A stretch of DNA of 64,000 nucleotides from Octopus bimaculoides (lineage: Eukaryota). Below are positions 25,864 through 40,600 of the stretch, piece after piece. The notes under the pieces were generated by a model. It ran no database searches. It had not been told where the DNA came from and was given only the letters and a program-made list of their open reading frames with translations. A program made the translations under genes and the position numbers. Every line of letters begins with the position of its first letter. Positions within the stretch are counted from its first letter, which is position 1. Where the stretch lies: positions 53,775,951 to 53,839,950 of the forward strand of contig NC_068995.1 of assembly GCF_001194135.2 (NCBI RefSeq). Direction: 5' to 3'.

Positions 25864-28800
25864 ACTGTACTTTGAGTTTTGCAATTATATTCATAGTCTT
25901 CTACAAGTTATGGGAGCGTGTATAAAATACTTAATTGTGAGGCGTTAAATACATTTAAAAATGACCAACCTATAAACATCAGTTTTAAGTTTCAGTCGTA
26001 TTAGTGTTATGGAACTGAAAATAAATCACAATAGTGAAGTAAGTTGTTTCAGCATCAATAGATTTCATTTTTATAGTCCTTGAAAAATATCTTGTACGCA
26101 TTGACTGCAATTTATTCTCTCGGGCGTTAGCGTGTCAGCGACACCATAGTAGATTTAAGAATGCTCGATTTCAGACATTATAATGAATGCTATTTGTTAT
26201 ATGTTGCTGTTATATGTTCACCTCAAGTACGCCAAGTTAGATGGAAATCTCTATAATTATTCTCCCTCTTCTAAATTATCTATAGCACTTTTTTTCTTTT
26301 TTTCGTGATTTGGTTTTTGTCATGGAAATAATATATGAATAGAATCTGCAAACCACTTTGGAAATAGTACTTCCTTTGAATGTCGTTTTCATAAATATTA
26401 ATTATCCTGTTCACATTACTTCCTTAATTTAAGCTTTTGACTTGCTTTCGTGACAAATGAGACAATACCGGCCATTGTAATGTAGCAATTCAGAGACACA
26501 TTTTTGATCTGAAATATTTCCAATTGACTCTGGCATCGAAAGTACATTATAACATTCTTGGACATACATTGTCCATCTCTTTTTCCACTGCCCAACGGCA
26601 TTTACAATATATCACTAAGCATAGTTAAAATGAAAGTTATTGCCTTCTGATTAGAATACAATGGCGGTTTGTGCAATTTTCCTAGAGCTAATGGACATCG
26701 TAGAAATAAGAGCATATCAACTCTAAATGATTTTTTCTATTTCGAACTAAAAGTCGAACTGTTGGTGCAAAGAGGAAACCTGTGACGTAGTTCGCCTGAT
26801 CGAATTAACAATTTTCAAATCAGAATTACTGATCTACTTCTATATTTTGAAGATGCTATTATATTATTTATTACATTACAAACAAGTTGCACCCTTTAGA
26901 AAGTTTGTATACCCTATATACGGAAGGACAGAGAATGTATCGATAAAATTTACACAGGAGGAAACAGAGCAATAGCCAAATTCAATTATATATAAAGATA
27001 ATAAAAATAGTAATGCTACTGAATGTTTAAGAAAAAGACACAAACGATATATGATTATGTGTATGATTGAAATTCTAAGTGGTTGTGTAGGAAACGCCAC
27101 ATTGGACATAACGTTAATATGTCGTGAAAAGTGATGCCTTTATTTCAAATACACTTTGTCACTTTGCCAAGCAGATCTATCCATTATGACGGTTCAATGT
27201 AATTTTCTATCATCGTTGCTTTTATTGTCTTTCATTTTCAACCAAATATTCCAAACTTTCTGACAACTGAGAGTCACATCAAACATATGGTTAACGACAA
27301 GTATTTTAAACTGAACATTATCGATGAGAATGACTAATATAGTAAACCAAATGGTTAAATAATAGCGTCTCAGAATAGCTCGATGAACTATTGCCGGAAA
27401 ATATGAAATAGAATCTTACGTTATTTGAAATGCTGATTCCTTTTATTAGCTTCAGAGCATTTATGCAAATATTCTTGCTACAGATATGGATTAGTTTTGA
27501 ATATTTATAATGGTGATATATTTAGTTTGATTGAAATACAGTGTACAAATTTGTCTGTGAGTAGTATTTAGACAAAAGATGGGTCTGCTATAAACTGAAA
27601 TATTTTACAAAAACGGGGAACATTTTTTAAATATTGCACTTACTCTATGGTGTCAGGATATATAATGATAAACAGAATTTCATCAGAATGTAGTGGTGGT
27701 ACTTAACATTCTCTGGTAAATGTTTAGAAAGAGATGGGGACTTTTATAAGCTGACATTTTCTACGAAAGCTGAGCGACGAGAACATGTTTCTCGTGTTGT
27801 TTTAAAGTAATAAATGTCATGACTTATAAAGAAAGGATAGTCAGATTTATTGTTGTTACTCGGTTGGAATATTTCTATTGATAACATTTATAAAGAGACG
27901 AATTTGCCACAAATTCTCATTGTCTACAAAAATTGCGTAGAAGGACGTTATAGGAATTTGTGTGATAGGAAGTTACTGTTAGTAATTGTGTTTCAGATTT
28001 TATAATGCGAGGATACTTAATTTACCTCTAGCGTAGAATCTGCCATTCCTATCTTCATGTGAGGACATTTGAGATACATTAACATTTCCTATGAATGACA
28101 TTTTCTACGAAAACAGCAACAAGACCAATTTATCGCCGTAATGTTGTTATTCAGTTGGTTTTCCTTCTTACATTCATAGTTCCTTACTGTCGAACTTCTG
28201 TTTAATGGACACGAGCATACGCAAAATAACTAAAGTAGAACTAGAAGAGAGTTGATAAAGGAAATGCGATTTGACAAAATAATTAATTCAAGTTAATTAG
28301 AAAAATAATTTTCAAGTTTAGGAGAGAAATAAAATAAGAAACATTTATCGAATGGACACGAATATAATTGAGATTAAAAGTGAATTATCTGCAGCTCATA
28401 TCCTGTAGCACCCTGAAAAGGTTCTTATTGGATAATGCTATCTCTACTGGATTTCTTCATTAACATTTCAATAAGCCAGAAGATGGCCGATACCATTAAA
28501 TCCATCACGACCAGCATTAGTATCTGCATGAAGATTAGTTTAATAGTTGATATGCGCTAGCCAGGTTTGCAAAGTAACGGTTACTTAGGCAGCTTAATAC
28601 CCATTCGCATATTTGAGACACCCTGGTAGGTTTCCCAATTTAACTTTCACAAATTGGTGCAGTGAAATGTTATCGGAGTAAATATATTTACATCAACATG
28701 TCCTTTATTCTATAAAATACCACAGGCTGTGTCATGTCATACATAGCGCCACTTATATACATGACAAGAAAGTCTGTCACGTTGGATCAGTTTTACCTAG

Positions 28801-29761
28801 CTGTAAATTAGTATCCGGTGGAATCGCAGAATCATAACTACGTAACGTAAGAAGTTGGAAGACTCTGGAATTAATATTAACGTCTGTCTCATACTTTAAT
28901 TTTCAAGATTTCATTTCCTTCTATCTAAAAAACAAACAAACAAACAAAAATAAACAAAGAATGTTTTCTACACAGTCTCAAACGAGTTTTCAAGATTTCT
29001 TGGCTTAGTCATGTTTACTACATCTGTGGACTTTTTAAAAGTGTGTGATTGTTGATGCGCAAAATCAAATTCATGTTAAACTCATCATGCATCAATTTAC
29101 ATGACAATCAAATTTTACTATATCTAGAATGAAGCTGAGAAACGAGAGACGCGGAAACACATTGATAGTGTAGCAGCTGAAATTTTATCTCAATGATATA
29201 GTAACAATATTTCAGTCAGCATAGCTGTAAATATGTACATAGGTTGTGTGGAGTTCCTGTCTTACACAGCCCAATGATAGGGGAACTTGATCAGACGTTT
29301 TTTTTATTATTTTAAATTTTAATCAACAGGGATGATGTAACAAAGAAACAACCCCGTTTATCCGCGATCGAATCACTAAAAAGATATATAAACATTTTAA
29401 GGTTGTCTATAAAATGATATAGCAAATGGAAAATACTACACCATAAATTAGAGAAAACAAAGCAAATCTCTGAAGAAGTAGTTGATATGTTTGGCGTATG
29501 AGTATTGGGCTAGTTATAGGTTTGTTTGTGACAGTGCAGTGGCTGCATGGATAAAAGGAGTAAAAAGAGCTTGAAACATTGTGTGGTAAAATAAAAGTGA
29601 ACACTGGTTTGTAGTTCCACATATGCAGCGCCCTGCTAGGACCTTTTCTGTATAGTTAGTAAAGCTAAGGATGCTGCTGGACGTTGTTGTATCTGTGATT
29701 TGCAGTCAACAACTGATGAGCGGATGTACCAAGTGCAAACTCTATGCATCATGTGTGTGTG

Positions 29762-29797
<36 letters not shown>

Positions 29798-29816
29798 CAT
29801 ACACACATATATTATT

Positions 29817-29940
29817 GTGTCTGGGGAGGGTCATTCTGTTTTGATGCCTTATAAATTAACGCAATCACCGGTTCGATTTCCACTCATACATTTTTTCTAA
29901 AATTTTCGTTGCTTCTTGTAACATCTTCAATAGTCGTTGG
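29817..29940 (+). repeat. Dispersed repeat fragment (TGTCTGGGGAGGGTCATTCT...)
   Basis: Resembles one arm of a recalled octopus foldback element; no second arm seen here. Confidence 0.3.
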
Positions 29941-30090
29941 CTCTGAAATGAGTTTGCATCATACCTTTCAGAATACTATTTCCTGTATTATTTCAACAGG
30001 GCCACCAATTCCAAACCCGCAAAACTATGTAATACAGTTGCTCGCTTAATAGAGAAATGAAAAGAACTTTCTACTCGTATTAAGCAGCTG

Positions 30091-30155
<65 letters not shown>
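30091..30155. repeat. (TCTA)n microsatellite
   Basis: Perfect tetranucleotide run. Confidence 0.97.
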
Positions 30156-30157
<2 letters not shown>

Positions 30158-31383
30158 GTATTTATCTACCTATATCTCTCTCTATATATACATTTATATA
30201 CATATAAATATACATATGTATATTCATATATATGCACACGCACAAATATATATATATATGTATACAACAAATTGCTATATATATGTGTGTATGTATCCTT
30301 ACATACAACTATACATATATATATATGTATATATGTGCATATTTATGCGTATCCATCTATTTGGCTATATACATTTATATGTGTAAATGTATGTATGAAT
30401 ACACACATGTTCGTATATGACTAGAGAAATATTACTCATAAAGGATGTAGAATATTTGATATTTATTTGGATGTTGGTTTATGCAACAACTTTGCGTTCG
30501 ATGATTCCTCATTGTCAGATAGCAACTGTAATATTGAAAAAAAATATGTAAGTTGGTGTTGGGACATTACGCTTTCATTGATTAACGTGTGTCACGTGAG
30601 TCATGTGTAAAGAAATCGTAGAAGATTTTAAAAACGTATATACTGGAAGGTCAAATTACGTTTCCAGATTGAATTCATCGCGTTAAAGAACAAATAAAGG
30701 ATGCTTTTATTAAAATCTGTGAGTATATTATCGTTTCCAAGCTAGTTAGAATAGTTGAAGATTAAAAAAATATTAGAAATAGTGATAGCACTTCCCACCC
30801 CAAATCCTTTTCTATCACCTTTACGCAATTTCTTTGCCTCTTAAAACTTCTATAAAAAATTCTACATTTGAAAATTTATGTAGCGTACTCGGCTTTCAAT
30901 GTTTTGATTTTCGGTTGATTTATCTATTGCAATGTGACGCCATCGATAATCAAATTCCTTTCAACAACATTAGAAGCTTTAGAAAAGGTGGTAAAAAAAT
31001 TCTGGAAGCACGTATTCATACATTTTCTAGAATTCTTTTATTCTATGTATGTATAAATCTCTCTGATTGATTGGTGGAATAAATGAATGAATGAAGAAAT
31101 TATCAAAGATGTCATAATATGAAAGTTTATGTTGATGTATGTGCACATGTTAACCAGCAGTTTTGAATAAAGACAATATTTGACATTTATATGACATTTA
31201 TAAGTCGTTCTCCAGGCGTTATTTAATAGTGTTTTAATTCGTAAATAACCTGTTGCTCATCGAAGTAGGCATTACCCTTGCGGAGATCTACACGTTTATC
31301 TCTTCCTTCTGACAATCTCTATTTCTCTTTGAGTCTGCACGTCTTTTCACCATTACTCTTTATCTCTCTCTCTGATAAACATA

Positions 31384-31508
<125 letters not shown>

Positions 31509-31761
31509 GTATGTATGTATAAAGAGAAATGCCTTGAGAACTTTATCATGGACAAAAGAATGAAATTATTTACATTTTCATCAAAGTATGCTGCCGATCG
31601 ATTTTAAGAGAGTTTAATTATGCCGTAGAAGAAGAGGACTTGACGGAAACTTGAAGAAGCACGTTGTACACATACAGACACAGGCACACGCACACACGTA
31701 CACATATATAAAGAAAGATAGAGAGGTAGATAGATAGACATAAATATAGATTGATAGCTAC

Positions 31762-31976
31762 ATTTGTATTCAAGGCTGTTGGATTAGACCTGCATAACTT
31801 AATAGTTTCCTGACATATGTATAAGGCACGTCTTATTGTCCGGATGCGGTGATGATAATTCGATTCAACAGGAAGTTCACAGCCTGTTTTGCAACTCTCA
31901 TACTCAGAAATGCAATGGTCCAGTGATTGGACTAAGGGGGTCCTGCAACGAAAATGGCAATTGTTCAAACATTGCA
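31762..31976 (-). CDS. Candidate cysteine-rich coding exon, possibly of a secreted protein
   Basis: Acceptor TCTCATATTTATTTTATAG then phase-1 frame QCLNNCHFRCRTPLVQSLDHCISEYESCKTGCELPVESNYHHRIRTIRRALYICQETIKLCRSN with 8 regularly spaced Cys; donor weak; no recognised family. Confidence 0.3.
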
Positions 31977-32798
31977 CTATAAAATAAATATGAGACATAA
32001 TTTGTGAGACGTGAACAAAATCATTTCTTTTCTTTTGTTTTCAGTATGTATATACATATATATCTTCACAATTACCTTTACATCTACGAAAGCCGCACCA
32101 GCATATCTTCCATTTATTCAATACTAAAATACCACTGTCCTTATAAATGTCATGCACTTCAAATAAATTAGACAAAACATCAGGTTTTGCATGCCTCTTA
32201 TTTGCAACAGGGTGTTTCTGCCGATCGTGTGTTGTTGAAAACTAATTAAATCTAATTTATATGTCTTTTTTTATGACATTATATATTTATTTAATTGAAT
32301 AAAACTAGATAATGTCATTAACTTTGAATCTAACTCAATGCACCGAAAATTTACCGTTGATTCACATGTATAAAATGTGCATTGAATAATAAATGGTTTT
32401 ATTTCCTAGAATAATACACAATAGTAATCAAAGCATTGTTATCGACGTTTGCTAAGAAAACGCAATTCAATCTGCTTCCCTGTTGCATTGTTACTAGATA
32501 ACATAAATGTAAATTATTAGAGTAGTTTGTATTTATGTGTTATCATGCGTGTAAAAGTAAACAAGAGATATAATGCAGTCATGCTTTCAAAATGTTTAGA
32601 TGTCATCTATAATGATTTAGACTTGAAATAAGATATAAGATGCTTATAGCAATTTCTCATGAAACAACATTTTATATGTGGCTTAAATATCATTCATGAA
32701 ATAAAGTTCCGTTCATATATACACACACACACGAATAAATATAAATATATATACATACATACATACATACATACATACACATACACACACACACACCT

Positions 32799-32832
<34 letters not shown>

Positions 32833-35032
32833 GCACACACAAGTGCATGAACATCAAACATTCAAATACGTCGTTGTCACTTTTATCAGATGTGTTGAAA
32901 TAAAAGATAGTACAACTCGAGGCAGCTTTCATTCCTTCCATATCTGTAGGTAATATATGTAAAGAAATATTTGATTATCTCTAAATGCGATATTTTATTC
33001 TAGCTCTCCAAAGTTTGTTGACTACGCTGCAGTCAGCCTTTGATATTCCTTCATACTATACTAAATCCTAAATGAATTTTAAATTAACTTCAATTGTAAA
33101 GAATCAAATATGCTTATTTATATCGAAATATATATGTTGTTTATGCACATCTTCAAACGAAATTATTCACGAAAGAAGAATGAATTACTACAATGAAAAG
33201 CGGTGAATCGCCGGTTGAGTTTCAACTTGTTCTTCTAATTGTTGATGTAATTAAGATATGTTTTAAAATGGAGTGAGTGCTGTGTAAGACTAGTGAATTT
33301 AAGTGGTTGCTGGAGATATTAGAAAATGCAGCCAAACCTTCCTGAAGCACTGTTCAAATATATTAAAAAGAGAGGACACCTTTAATAATGTAATCCTTGA
33401 TACATCGACAGAAGCGGCTGAAAATGCTTTCACTACGATTTTACGAGATGAGGTTGACCGAGGGTTATGAAACAACGAGCGAGAAAAGAAACATACAAAC
33501 TTCTTCCTTACTAATATAATAAATCAAATCTCAAATACTTTAAATTACAAGAATATAATGATTTTATAATGAGATCAGTAGAGTGGTTTGGCAGATCCCT
33601 ACTGCAGCATCAATCATTTGCTTAATTGATCTACACTTTCTTATATCTTGCATGTATCACACGTAGCATTAATAGTGAGACATTTATAATAGATTCGTAC
33701 ACTAACGTACATTCTACTACAAATGTGAAGCGTTACTGGTCCTGAGGGGCTTATAACAACGAGTCAACAAAAGCGTCTCCGTGTCGTTGCTCAGTATTCT
33801 GAACTATAACATTTCTATAAGATTTCATTACCTGGCAATATTCATTTATGAATTACAATTGTTGTGTAAGAGAAAGGTCAGTAAATGAGGCGTTCAAACT
33901 TGTACAAAACGTTTGACGACGTCATCGAAACGAATCTGTTTCAACTGATATTTGAACCTGCTTCTCTCACAGGGTCACCCAAGGACATACGCAGCTGTAG
34001 CACACTCGACATCTATTTACCAATGCTTGAAAAATATAATTTACAAGCTAACACATCACTTGACCCTTCACTTTAGTTTATTTAAGGATGTCAGCCTTCG
34101 AAGAAATGATAATTTAAAATGACATTTAGACCAAGAAGCTCTATTGAGAATTTTTAATCATATTAATAAAAAAGAGATTTTATGCTCCGATTACACAAAA
34201 ACGCTTTCTTGGATGCTTTTAACACAATTTGAATCCGTTGGCTGATTGCGCTATTTGATTTCGTTTGAGAAGAGAATATCTGAGCATTGGTTTCAAATGT
34301 CACTACGCTTTTACAATCTTATTGCAGGATGTGCTGGATGTGTGTATTGATAAAGGTTACCAGGAATAGCTTTTAATGCCTGTGCTTCGAATTTGTTAAA
34401 GGAAATATGATATAATGAAATCAATATAATCGTTAATTCATGTCCTACAAAACATCACCTTCCTATTCTCAAACGAAACCATTATTCACAGTCTTCATGG
34501 TGGCGAGCCATTTGTGATGGTAGACCACTTGATTGAATACTTTACAGTGTTTAGTTTAAATCCAGTGCGATCTGATTTCAACTAATGACATGACATTTTG
34601 CAATTCATCTCTTTGAGGTCAAGAAAATTAATCACCTACTAGCATGATTAAACAACTGATTAATGATCAGCTATTTTTTAGACTAAAGCCATCACTAATC
34701 GGGTACATTTAAGATAAATGACATCCCAGCCATAGCTATCCAGTTGGGTACAATGAAGCAATGTTTTACGTTATCCAGTATATTGTTTTTGCTTTAGAGA
34801 GATTTAACTGCTAAATAGAGCACGTCGAACCATCACGTAGAGGTTCCTTTGTAGGTTTGTCAGTAACCATTAGCAATACACTGAAGAAAAGACGTTCGAT
34901 TGCTTTATGATCAGCTACGTTCCTTCATATCTTAATAACGACGCTGTACAAAGAAACACACACGCACCCACACACACACAAACACACACACACAGACACA
35001 CACACACACACACACACACACANNNNNNNNNN

Positions 35033-35074
<42 letters not shown>

Positions 35075-35642
35075 TATATTTATATAAAACTATGCTGATA
35101 AAATATAGACGCGTGAATACTTCGTTCGTATCCTGCAGACAGTATTTTAACTTCATTAAGACCAACATAAAAAATGCTTGGCGAATGAGTGCAAAGCGTC
35201 GTGTAATTGACGAGTGTCAATAATTTAAATTCTCTAATTGAACATAATCACAAGCTGCTTCACTTGTTGATGGTCTCAGGTTTATGCTCAGAAGTATCAG
35301 GAACGTAGTCGCAATATTTGGCCTTGATATATTAAAGAAGAACAAGTTCGTATCTTTGTTTTATGACAGAGTAAGATGTAACATTGTTAAGCTGAATTTA
35401 AATTGTAGCTTTGATTCGCAATGAAAGCTCGTATATTTTTCCGGCAGAGCCTTTTCATTGTGATAATGGCAAAGAAAGGCCCCCGAGAGAAACGGAAAAG
35501 CCACATTTATTGTTTACACATTTCTTCAAGTAAAATGTTCTTCGTGTGAAAGCAAATTAATGTTTATTATCCTATTAAAGGTCAGTAAATCAACAGAAAC
35601 ATTAGAGGGCCTAAATAATGAATTAGAGTATTTAGTTCGCAC

Positions 35643-35780
35643 AAGGTAGCGAATTGGCAGAATCGTCAGCGCTCTGACAAAATAATTAGCAGCATTTCGA
35701 CCGTTTTTATGTTTTGTGTTCAAATTTCGGCGAGCTCTACCTCGTCTTTATTCTTTTTGGAGTCGATAAAATAAGTATCT
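35643..35780 (+). mobile_element. SINE family A, 5' two-thirds
   Basis: AAGGTAGCGAATTGGCAGAATCGTCAGC...GTGTTCAAATTTCGGCGAG...GGAGTCGATAAAATAAGTA. Confidence 0.8.
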
Positions 35781-35789
35781 TCTATCATA

Positions 35790-35859
35790 ACCCTGGGACA
35801 ACCAATTCCTTGTGAGTGAATTTAGCTGATGGATACCGTGTGGAATCTCGTCATATAAA

Positions 35860-35896
<37 letters not shown>

Positions 35897-36100
35897 ATCT
35901 GTGCGTGTGACTTTGCCCCTCTGTATGTAAGTCTCACTACATCACAATTGGTCCTGATGTGTTTATGGCTTAAAATACTGACCAATATAATGTATAGCGG
36001 AGTTACAAAATATGCATCGGGAGCGATTCCTGCGACTAAAACCTTTCAAGACGTTGTCCCAGTGTGGCCGCAGTCCGATAAAAGAAACAAGTAAAAGATA
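35790..36100 (+). mobile_element. SINE family B with internal (TG)n
   Basis: CCTTGTGAGTGAATTT, (TG)n, then GGGAGCGATTCCTGCGACTAAAACCTTTCAAGACG...GTGTGGCCGCAGTCC...GAAACAAGTAAAAGATA tail. Confidence 0.75.
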
Positions 36101-36974
36101 GCCGCTATTACATTTATGTCACTCACCCACATTCTTCTTGATTCTATGTGTTCTTTTTTCTTTCACTGGCATTCATTTAAACTGGTTTACAGTAAAGTGT
36201 GTAAAGACTTCCGCTGCTCTATATGTTGATGCCTCTACTAACAAACATCAACTGAAGATTTACATTCTCACATTATTCCTACTTTGATTGATTTTCCAAA
36301 TATTACACCAGTGCTGTTTTCAAGCAATTTCTTTTTCACATAGAACCACTGCTCTCCCAGCTGATGTCTTCCCGATACGCATAAATCTTTTTGACGTTCA
36401 AACTGAACATTAACCGCATCGATAACACGAGAGGAAGGCTGAAAATATTCCGTATATCAACACACCTAAACCAATTAAATTTTTAAAAAAGTAAAACAAA
36501 TATAATTTTTGTTTTCTTTAAGAGAAAATCAATTCCTCAATAAGGCCGTTATGTTAGACTTTCATGATTGTATGAAAACGGCATAATTGTATAATTTCCC
36601 TTGTGCTAACTATTATATTTATAAGAGGAGCTTATTAATATAATTTCCCTTGTGATAAATATATTATCGATATGAAGTGCTGCTTGTGTATATACATAGA
36701 GAGTTCATTTTCTCTATGATTAGTATATGATATGTAAAATAATATTTGCATAATAATTGTGCAAAGTCTTTATAATAATTTGAAATTAGAAACATCTAAT
36801 TAATGATATTTGCATATCTTCGATAGACAAATAAGTCGATAAATAGATACATATTAAAAATATTTAGTTTTGTTATTCCAAATTCATCAAGTTATAAATT
36901 TTAACATTGTTTTGACATGTAGATAAAAATTTCCCTATCTTTTATCGCACATCAACGTCCGCTCTATCTCCCCC

Positions 36975-37620
36975 ATTTCACACGAAAATGTATCGTATGA
37001 AAGCACTGTGAATAAAATTAGAGTGTCCCGAGAATATTGCACCAAACTTAGGAAAATATTGCCCTCGGAACTCTCCTCTTACGACAAAACGATATCCCAC
37101 AATGCACTTGCAGTACCAGTGCTGATCCCGATATTTGGGACACTTGATTGGTCTGTAGAGGAAATCCACTTCATACATATCAAAATCTGCAAAATCCTGA
37201 CAACAGCTGGGATCCTCCACAGAAACAGTGATGTTGACAGGCTCCACCTAAGAAGAAATGAAAATGTTAGAGGCCTGACATTAATGCAGACGTACACAAA
37301 TATGGATGTCAGTTCGCATGCACGAAGACCTGGCGAAGGAAGGCTAATGTAGCGGTGCAAAATTCAAAAGGAAAAAAGATAAGCCCACATGTTTAAGGAA
37401 GACAACGTTCTGTATTGCACGCAGGGCTTTGACCTGGAACCCACAGAAGAGGTGGAAAGGAGAATGCCCTAAAAACAACTGGCGGTGGAATACTGATGTA
37501 GATCTGGAAAAAGCAAGGATTCAGCTGAAGAGAAGCAGAAAAGATAGCCCCAAATTGAAACTAATGAAATAAGGTCTTCGATGTCCTATGCTCCATATTA
37601 GAGCAAGGGCTGAAGAGAGA
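36975..37620 (+). mobile_element. Decayed R4/Dong-clade non-LTR retrotransposon, RT-thumb region
   Basis: KIRVSREYCTKLRKILPSELSSYDKTISHNALAVPVLIPIFGTLDWSVEEIHFIHIKICKILTTAGILHRNSDVDRLHLRRNENVRGL matches the R4-clade pattern ILKSELN..NK..AIN..AVPV..YSFG...W...E....D.K.RK.LT....HH...DVDRLY..R..GGRGL. Confidence 0.9.
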
Positions 37621-40600
37621 TACACGTGTGTGTATTTGTGGATGCTTCTGTGTTTGTATGTAGGCTTACATCAAATGGACATCAGCCCAATGTGCAATAT
37701 AGACTTCGTGTTCAACTCCAGCCTCAGAATAACTTGGCAGATTAGTTTGCCCTCTGCTTTGTATGCTATTCTATAAACCACATTAACGTTTAGCGTTACA
37801 AACATCTTGGCTGTATTAAACTGTGTACTTGACTAAATAAGTCAAAATTACAGACATAGTTTACTTGTAATTCCCCGAAACTTAAACTTCTTTATAGTAA
37901 AGCTAGCGTGTCCTTCCTCGCCTACTCTTAGAGGAAATTCTTGGCAACGCTATTGTGAAGTATCTTTGAGACGCCGTCCATTGAAAGAAGACAATTATTC
38001 ATAGTTTTATGCTCCAAGTTGACAATCCGGATTTATTCCTCACCGACCGACATTACGCCATTAAATACAACGTAGAATCTATTGTTATGTTTACATCTAC
38101 TTTCCATCTCTCTTAAAGCAGTCGAAACCTTCTGAACCGTCACAAATAAATAATAAATAACTGCATGTGAGATTAACGAGATAGAAGAAAGACAGAGCCG
38201 AGAAGAAATACTATCCTTCTTCTTTTTTTTCTTATGATGTATAAGAAATAAAAACAATGTATATAAAACTGGTGTAGCTTTGAGATGTTAGTAGAAGATT
38301 ACGAAATATTATAAATTTACGATGGTCAGACACGATATATAGGAAAGGCTGTATTGTTGGTGATGTGAGAAAAAGATAGGTGTATGCATATTCAGGAAAT
38401 ATCTTTATAACAGGAAATAAACTAAAATTTAGCTGCAGTGTTCATAAAATATTTGACTCCTTTACTGAGAGATACGCGAACACATACACACATACACATA
38501 TACGTACATCTATTTCTGCATATGTGTGTGCTTTAAACAGTGACAGCCGCTATAACATCCCTTTCTCTGTATTTAGCAATCTGTTTTTGCACAGCACGCA
38601 CGTGCATACACTCACGTTCTCACACGCACATAAATATACGTGCGTGTATGTGTTGTATTTGAAACAGTACCAGACGATAAAGCAATTATATATGTATCTC
38701 ACCATCTATTTATCCGTATATCTATATATTAATCGATATAATACAACTACTTCCATACACACAACCGCACTTACGCACATACATAGAGTTAGCTTTATGA
38801 TTGTTCAAAGAACAAAGCAAGCCACAAACTCTGTTAAGGACCCAACGCTGGGAGTTATATAATTTCTTCACATGTACACACGTTACACTCACCGCCGTGG
38901 GAGATTCTGAGGAATTGAACAAGTTTGGTCAATTGTTTCCGTATAAAGTTTACAGTATCCCCAAACAAAAGGGAAGCTGTCAGATGGTGAAAGTAGGAGT
39001 AAGTGATGTAAGTAGCAATAGACATAGGAAAGAAAGATTATGCGACAAAGGAATGAAAAAGAAGGGAAATAAATTATATATTGCTAATTCATTGTCGTGT
39101 ATTTTTCAGTAGACATATTATTTGAAAGTTCGTTTCCTAGTAGCACCAGCTTTTAAGGAAATCATTTCAAATATATGCATTTTCTGTGCGTTTAGATATA
39201 AATATGAACAACTTAAAAATCTTATTTTGACATTGTGATATTAAAATAATATGAGCGTTATATATATATATATCAATATATTGTTATATTGTTTATATAA
39301 TATAAGAATGATAAAAATAATAAAGGATTTCGGATTTCTTATCAAAATGTGGTGCTTAATAATATCATTCCGTTACGGCGCCCTAAGAATATAGTGCTTC
39401 TCGATGACTGAGAGTCGAACACTTAGAATATTCTTGAAACAATTGACTGATAAGCTCAAGGGCAAAAAAGAAGATAAATCACACGAATGCAACATTTGTA
39501 TAGTTTATAATTATGCATTATATTATACAATGGAAAATAAATATTTTAGATCAAGTTAAACACACACACACATATATATATATGTGAGCGTGCGTGTGTG
39601 TGTGTGTGTGCATACAAAGAGAGGTTGATAGAGGATGCCAATGATTTCGTTACATTATTAGGATTTTTTAAGGCATTATGGATTATGTAGAGAATGTGTC
39701 TGCCACTATAGCGTGTCAGAGAACAGTAACTATCGTATTACTTTTGTATTACTAGTGAGACAGTAAATACTACTTCTTTATAAGTAGAATATGTCAATGA
39801 TCATGCTCTATGCACTGTACGATAGAATGTGTAGGCCAGCGACTATGGATTTATAACGCCTGGTCAATGTCAGAGAGCAGACATTAGGGAAGTGCTTCTT
39901 TTTAAATTTTCGTGATTCTACTGACTAGTTTTGGCTTGTGCGTTTTGGGGATATTGGCAGGAGGAAATATGTGGGTAAATTGGGCAGACGTTAAATAGGA
40001 GAGCTCAATAGTGTTCTAAGAAAATGTTTTATTTCATTTGGCCTTGGTGAAATTGTTTTCTTTCAAAACAATTTCAGCTGTTGGTGTTGCTGCTACATTA
40101 AGTCCCTATTTGTGATTTTGTTGAGATTTCTCTTGACATCGTCTACATGTGTGGTGTTTCCCTTGGTATACAGCTTTTGTCAATGCAATTTTGTAATATG
40201 TTGCATAATCTAAGAATGTGCCAACACACTAATATCTTGTACATTGAAACGGTTACTGAAAATAAATAAATAAATATATAAAAATACATTCTGTATTTCC
40301 TTTATAGAAAATCAATTCCTCCACTATGCTGTTATATTGGGTTTTCATGTTTGTATCCCCTCTAGGTGATGTTATAAGCAGCAGGTGTAATGTAGTGTTT
40401 TATCAGGTTTAAGTTGATGACAGTACATATCGTTGCTTAAATTACTCCAACAAAATATGCTTGTCAATGCACTGTTTATTGTTTGTTTTTATGCTGAGCC
40501 GGTTAAAGAACAAAATGCAATCTTTTGTTAATAGTTCGATATGTCTTGGAAGTTAGATTGAAGTTATTTTATAATTAACAGTCCATCGTCCCGGTAAATA

